DNA from: an uncultured Spirochaetota bacterium
GTDB taxonomy: Bacteria; Spirochaetota; Spirochaetia; SZUA-6; Fen-1364
NCBI GenBank assembly: GCA_963734545.1
Contig: CAVTHO010000008.1
Span: 160,001 to 224,000, forward strand
Length of the DNA: 64,000 bases
Reading direction: 5' to 3'
In this document: piece by piece, positions 59,192-64,000 of the stretch
Numbering within the stretch: the first letter of the stretch is position 1
How the letters are laid out: the number at the start of each line of letters is the position of its first letter
Position numbers and translations under genes: made by a program
The notes under the pieces: generated by a model
Seen by the model: the letters and a program-made list of their open reading frames with translations, nothing else
Databases searched by the model: none
What the model was told of the DNA's origin: nothing

Positions 59192-60196
59192 TCACTTGTT
59201 TCGCAGCTGGTCGAAGGCCACAGCCCCGATCACCACGAGGCCGATCACGATCTGCTGCATGAAGTAGTTCGCCCCCTGCATCGTGAGCCCGACGGTGAGG
59301 ATCCCGATGATGAACGAGCCGATGACGGTTCCGCCGATCGTGCCCACGCCGCCCATGAGGCTGGTGCCGCCGATCACCGCCGCCGCAATGGCGTTCAGCT
59401 CGTAGCCGGTCGCGCTGTTGGGCTGGGACGTGACCATGCGGGAGGCCAGGATCACTCCGACGAGGCCGGCGAGCACGGCGCAGACGATGTAGTTGAAGAT
59501 CTTCACCCATCCCACCCGGATGCCGGAAAGCCGGGCCGCTTCCTCGTTCGAGCCGATGGCGTAGGTATAGCGGCCGATCTTCGTCTTGCGCAGGATGAAG
59601 TGGCAGAGAAAGGCCACCGCGATCATGATCAGCACGGGGTAGGAAATACCGGGGAACTGCACGCCGGTCCTGAACAGCGTGTCGTTGCCCAGGGCGCCGA
59701 ACGCTTCCGGCGCCGGCCAGGCGTTCGCGTTCGTGATCGTGAGCGCCACGCCGCGGGCCACCATCATCATGCCCAGGGTGGCAATGAACGGGGGAAGCTT
59801 CAGACGCGTGATCAGCAGTCCATTGGCGAGACCGCAGATGCCCCCGACGGCCAGGCCGATGAGCCAGCTGATCCAGATGGGGACTCCGGCGATTGCGGCC
59901 ATGACCGCCACCGTGCCGGTCAGGGCGACCACCGACCCGATGGAGAGGTCGATACCGGCGGTGATGATGGTGAACGTCACGCCGATGCCCATGAGTGTCG
60001 TCGTGCTGGTCTGCAGGGCGACGCTCAGGATGTTGCGCATGGTGAAGAAGTTCTTCGCCGTGATGGAAAAGACGGCAAACAGAGCGACAACCGCCCCGAA
60101 GGTGAGGAACCGGTCGAGAGCCACTCGGGACCGTCCCGTTGGGGCGGCCAGCTCGTGGCCTGGTGCATCCTTGCGTGGTGCGTGGCTGTCACTCAT
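59192..60196 (-). CDS. Monosaccharide ABC permease (RbsC-like)
   Basis: GIDLSIGS, PPFIATLG, GSNEEAARLSGI, YELNAIAAAVIGGTS. Confidence 0.94.
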   Translation of the reverse strand: MSDSHAPRKDAPGHELAAPTGRSRVALDRFLTFGAVVALFAVFSITAKNFFTMRNILSVALQTSTTTLMGIGVTFTIITAGIDLSIGSVVALTGTVAVMAAIAGVPIWISWLIGLAVGGICGLANGLLITRLKLPPFIATLGMMMVARGVALTITNANAWPAPEAFGALGNDTLFRTGVQFPGISYPVLIMIAVAFLCHFILRKTKIGRYTYAIGSNEEAARLSGIRVGWVKIFNYIVCAVLAGLVGVILASRMVTSQPNSATGYELNAIAAAVIGGTSLMGGVGTIGGTVIGSFIIGILTVGLTMQGANYFMQQIVIGLVVIGAVAFDQLRNK

Positions 60197-61749
60197 GTCT
60201 GGCGTCTCTCTTCCGCTCTGCGCAACCGGCCGTTCGGCGGCTTCCCGACCGCCCCCCCCAGGCCCGCAGCAAAGTTCAGGATCTGCTCCTGTGTTGTGTC
60301 CTTCGTCACGAGCGTGGCTTCGAGGCTGCCCTCGTGCAGCACGATGACGCGGTCGGTCATTCCCATGATCTCGGGGAGCTCAGAGGAGATCATGATGATC
60401 CCCACCCCCTCCCTCGCCAGCCGCTCGATCAGCTCGTAGATGGCGAACTTGGTGCCGACGTCGATTCCCCGGGTCGGCTCGTCGAAGATGAGGATCTTCG
60501 AATCGCAGAAGAGCCATTTCGCCACCACGACCTTCTGCTGGTTCCCGCCGGAGAGGTTGTTGACCACCTGGAGGAGACTGGGAGTGCGGATGGCGAGCTC
60601 ATCCACGTAGCGCTGGCACGCCTTCAGCTCGCGGCGGCGCGAGATCACGCCCATGCGGCTGGACACGCCTCCCATGTTGGCCAGCGTGACGTTTTCCGCC
60701 AGCAGCATCCTGACGGCAAGCCCTTCCTGCTTGCGGTTCTCCGAGAGGTAGGCGATTCCCGCACTGATAGATTCAGAGGGGGAGAGAATGGACAGCTTCT
60801 TTCCGTTCATGATCACGGTCCCCGAATCAATAGGGTCCGCCCCGAAGATCGCGCGCCCCAGCTCTGATCTGCCCGCACCCATCAGGCCGGCGAAACCGAG
60901 GATCTCGCCGCGGTACAGGTCGAACGAGATATCATGCAGAACGCCCCGGCGCACGATATTGCGCACCTCGAGGATCTTCTCCGTCGTCGGCACGTTGTGC
61001 CGCGTGGGGAACTTCTGCTCCAGCGTCCGCCCCACCATGCGGTTGACGATGGTGTCCATCGAGATCGAGCTATACGCATCGGTGCTGACATAGCGGCCGT
61101 CTCGGAAGATGGAGATGCGGTCCACGATATGCTTCAGCTCTTCCAGTCGATGGGAGATGTAGATGATCGCAACCCCCCGGTCGCGCAGCGTGTGGATGAC
61201 GGTGAAAAGCTCGTCGATCTCCGATTCGGTCAGTGCGCTGGTCGGCTCGTCCATGATGAGCACCTCGGAATCGAACGAGAGGGATTTCGCGATTTCCACC
61301 ATCTGCTGCTTGGAGATCGGAAGCCTGTTCAGCGTGATGGTCGGGTCGATGCGGAGGTTCAGCCGTTCCAGGATGGAGACGGCCTCGTCGTTCATCTTCT
61401 TTTCGTTCAGGGTCTTCAGCCACGTCAGCGGCTCCCGGCCGATGAAGATGTTGGCGGCGACCGACAGGTGAGGGATGAGGTTGAGCTCCTGGTAGATGAT
61501 CCCGATGCCGGCGTCCCGGGCCTGGGTCGAATTGTGGAACCGCACCTCGCGGCCCTTAAGGCGGATGACACCCTCGTCCGCCTGGTATACTCCGGAGAGG
61601 ATTTTCATGAGAGTGGACTTGCCTGCCCCGTTCTCCCCCACCAGGGCGTGAACCTCGCCCTTGCGGAGGTCGAGCGATACCTGGTCAAGCGCCTTCACGC
61701 CCGGGAAGCTCTTCGATACTTTTTCGACCTCGAGGATGACCTCTTGCAT
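60193..61749 (-). CDS. Monosaccharide ABC ATPase (RbsA-like)
   Basis: GENGAGKSTLMK, IMDEPT, LSGGNQQK, FDEPTRGIDVG. Confidence 0.95.
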   Translation of the reverse strand: MQEVILEVEKVSKSFPGVKALDQVSLDLRKGEVHALVGENGAGKSTLMKILSGVYQADEGVIRLKGREVRFHNSTQARDAGIGIIYQELNLIPHLSVAANIFIGREPLTWLKTLNEKKMNDEAVSILERLNLRIDPTITLNRLPISKQQMVEIAKSLSFDSEVLIMDEPTSALTESEIDELFTVIHTLRDRGVAIIYISHRLEELKHIVDRISIFRDGRYVSTDAYSSISMDTIVNRMVGRTLEQKFPTRHNVPTTEKILEVRNIVRRGVLHDISFDLYRGEILGFAGLMGAGRSELGRAIFGADPIDSGTVIMNGKKLSILSPSESISAGIAYLSENRKQEGLAVRMLLAENVTLANMGGVSSRMGVISRRRELKACQRYVDELAIRTPSLLQVVNNLSGGNQQKVVVAKWLFCDSKILIFDEPTRGIDVGTKFAIYELIERLAREGVGIIMISSELPEIMGMTDRVIVLHEGSLEATLVTKDTTQEQILNFAAGLGGAVGKPPNGRLRRAEERRQT

Positions 61750-61857
61750 GTGCGGGGACCTGCCCACCGCACATGAAGGCACGGCCCCGGGGCGAACACA
61801 ATCGAGAATACGGCACAAAAGGTTGGATTTCCGGCACTGTGCCGCCACGCGGTAAGG

Positions 61858-62685
61858 CTAGAACCCGCGAAGGTCGGTGCTGGATCTTCGAGGCAGCCCG
61901 GCGGCGGGGACGCGTCTGAGCACGAGATACTCGAGCCGATGCGCGCGGCAGAACTCACGTTTCTCCGTGTTGTCCCCGTCCTCGTTTACCGCGTACACGT
62001 GCGCCCCGATGCTCCTGATCTCCGGCTCGGCATCCATCCACCCTGACCCGGTGGACACGAGAGAACGGTGCACGTGGCGCACGGCCGCCGTCATGTAGCG
62101 GCGCTGGTCCTGGGGAAAGCGCGGGTGGCCGTCCCCCTTGAGGAGCCTCACGTTCGCGTCGTGGCCCACCACCACGTACAGCTCCCCGTAGCCCGACACT
62201 TCCTCGAAGAATCGGACGTGACCCGAGTGCAGCCAGTCGTAGCAGCCGGTCACCACGACGCGACGCTTCGAGGCGTCGGAAGGCGGCAGCGAAGGCTCCG
62301 GGAAGCCCTCGAGATCGCGGTCCGTGAACGCGCGAATCGACGCGCCGAGCCCCGCCGACATCCGAACGGCCGCCTCCACTTCCGCGACCGGCCCTTTCAT
62401 GTCCGCACACACGACCGGCCCGCTCCGCAGATCCGTCACCCGGCGCCATGGCTCCCGCCAGTCATCGACCATGACGACGCGGCTGACGAACCGCAGGGAG
62501 CCGACGAGATAGCGTCGCTCCTCAAGCGCGAACCTTGGCGGGCCGCCGGTGGCAGCGGTGATTGCCGAGTCGGTCCACAGCAGCACCGTGACCTCGCCGA
62601 TGCGCGAGGACTCGTGGAGAAACCGCACGTGCCGGAGCCCCAGGTCATCGAAGCTCCCGGTGACCACAGCGACAGCCTGACTCAC
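61858..62685 (-). CDS. Tandem-domain cytidylyl/adenylyltransferase (HIGH family)
   Basis: Domain 1 VVTGSFDDLGLRHVRFL, domain 2 VVTGCYDWLHSGHVRFF, C-terminal RRSSTDLR. Confidence 0.85.
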   Translation of the reverse strand: MSQAVAVVTGSFDDLGLRHVRFLHESSRIGEVTVLLWTDSAITAATGGPPRFALEERRYLVGSLRFVSRVVMVDDWREPWRRVTDLRSGPVVCADMKGPVAEVEAAVRMSAGLGASIRAFTDRDLEGFPEPSLPPSDASKRRVVVTGCYDWLHSGHVRFFEEVSGYGELYVVVGHDANVRLLKGDGHPRFPQDQRRYMTAAVRHVHRSLVSTGSGWMDAEPEIRSIGAHVYAVNEDGDNTEKREFCRAHRLEYLVLRRVPAAGLPRRSSTDLRGF

Positions 62686-63479
62686 CGGCCGGCCTCGCCT
62701 GTGCGTACCTGCACGCCGAAGGACCCCGGCACCGGCTCTTCGCTCACCACGTACAGGTATCCGCCGCCGCACCCCGAGTACATCGCCCCGTGAGAGCGTT
62801 CCTGGTAGCAGCGCAGGAGCCCTGCCAGGTCGACGGGTGATTCTGCAGGGCGAACCACCTGGGGAAGCAGCGCTTCCCAGCAGCGCATGCACTCGTTCAT
62901 CGACTCACCCAGCGCAGCCGCATCCATTGCCAGGATAGCCTCCCAGCAGGAGCGTCCCGATCTCCCCAGCCGCCCGATCCACGCCGGGTCGAGGTTCTTG
63001 ACCGCCAGCGGCTCGTAGCCTGCCGGTCTCGGCGCCACGGGCAGCACCTTGATGACCCGCTCCAGCCACCGCGCCACCTCGGGCGCCGAGCAGGTCTCGA
63101 TGGCGCTAGGGAACACGCCGCCCTCCACCGATGCGTTGTAGTCCAGGCGGCACACGCCGGGATAGAGCAGTCCCACCATGTCCTGTGATCCCGACGGCTC
63201 CTTCTTCCCCTGGTTCTCCGCCTCATACAGCTCCCGAACCAGCCGTGAAGGGTCCCCGTCCGGCATCCGACCACCCCAGTGGCGCATGGCCACCGCGCGC
63301 GTGGAGGTGGCCATGCCGCAGCGGTCCATCCATCGGAACGTCGGCTCCACGGCCACCGTCACCATGGAGCCCGGGGGCTCGGGATTGAGCCGGGACACGA
63401 AGGGCTGATCGATCCAGCCGCCGGCGAACGCCATGCGGTAGGGGATCGGCCCGATAACGCCGCAGAGGTCGCTCCCCAT
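62682..63479 (-). CDS. GHMP kinase-like protein (HddA/glucuronokinase-like)
   Basis: IPYRMAFAGGWIDQP, variant P-loop RCGMATS, SGSQD, YSGCGGGY. Confidence 0.7.
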   Translation of the reverse strand: MGSDLCGVIGPIPYRMAFAGGWIDQPFVSRLNPEPPGSMVTVAVEPTFRWMDRCGMATSTRAVAMRHWGGRMPDGDPSRLVRELYEAENQGKKEPSGSQDMVGLLYPGVCRLDYNASVEGGVFPSAIETCSAPEVARWLERVIKVLPVAPRPAGYEPLAVKNLDPAWIGRLGRSGRSCWEAILAMDAAALGESMNECMRCWEALLPQVVRPAESPVDLAGLLRCYQERSHGAMYSGCGGGYLYVVSEEPVPGSFGVQVRTGEAGR

Positions 63480-63484
63480 GACTG

Positions 63485-64000
63485 TCAGCTCACGGCGCGC
63501 TTGCCCGACCGTGCGGTCGCGATACTGCTGCTCGATCCAATTGTAGGTCCTGGCGAGTCCGTCCTTCAGCGAGGTGTCCGGCTCCCAGCCGAGGATCCGG
63601 TGGATCATCGTGTTGTCGCTGTTTCGGCCGGCCACGCCGCGCGGCGCCGTGGGATCGTAGCGCCGGGTGAGCTTCACGCCGCCGATCGTCTCTGCCAGCG
63701 TCGCCAGGTCGTTGATGGAGACCAGCTCGGAAGAGCCGAGGTTGATCGGTGTGGCCACCAGCTTCTCGCAATGCATGATCTTGTCGATGCCCTTCGTGCA
63801 GTCATCGATGTACATGAAGCTGCGCGTCTGCGTCCCGTCTCCCCAGATCGTGATCTCCTTCGCGCCCGTGTCCTTCGCCTCGATGACCTTGCGGCACAGC
63901 GCCGCCGGCGCCTTCTCCCGGCCGCCGTCCCACGTGCCGAAGGGGCCATACACGTTGTGGAACCGCGCGATGAACGTCGGCATGCCGCGCTCGGCGGTGT
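63485..64000 (-). CDS. NAD-dependent epimerase, GDP-mannose 3,5-epimerase-like, 5'-partial
   Basis: RFHNVYGPFGTWDGGREKAPAALCRK, IWGDGTQTRSFMYIDDC, GVAGRNSDN. Confidence 0.85.

Overview
A high-GC bacterial chromosomal window, probably from an uncultured Spirochaetia genome. That assignment is inferred from a spirochete-type glycerol-3-phosphate acyltransferase, a TPR fragment and a UPF0158 protein. Many genes, including enolase and the trp genes, carry single-base indels, which looks like uncorrected long-read error rather than decay, so the ends of those genes are approximate. 1-22.6 kb is housekeeping: trpGD-trpCF-trpB-trpA, kdgK, eno, rpiA, rlpA and tRNA-Arg(CCT). From the tRNA to about 61.8 kb is an almost continuous run of carbohydrate loci: (i) a sucrose locus with a GH13_18 phosphorylase carrying the sucrose-6F-phosphate motif GFDVHQ, a stand-alone P-loop kinase, an ABC transporter and LacI; (ii) a YesMN-type two-component system with an extra binding protein, an ABC transporter and a GH31; (iii) a SorC/DeoR locus joining a TPP-dependent E1alpha/E1beta/E2 complex to an Fe-ADH, an FGGY kinase and an AT-rich monosaccharide ABC transporter, with a duplicated promoter/operator and IS3-like inverted ends around 7.1 kb of it; (iv) a second ABC plus three-component sensor locus. 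The window ends in an epimerase/GHMP kinase/tandem cytidylyltransferase cluster. Locus (iii) is the best candidate for an undescribed system: a possible oxidative ketose-phosphate cleavage pathway. No CRISPR array, rRNA, prophage or intact transposase was seen.
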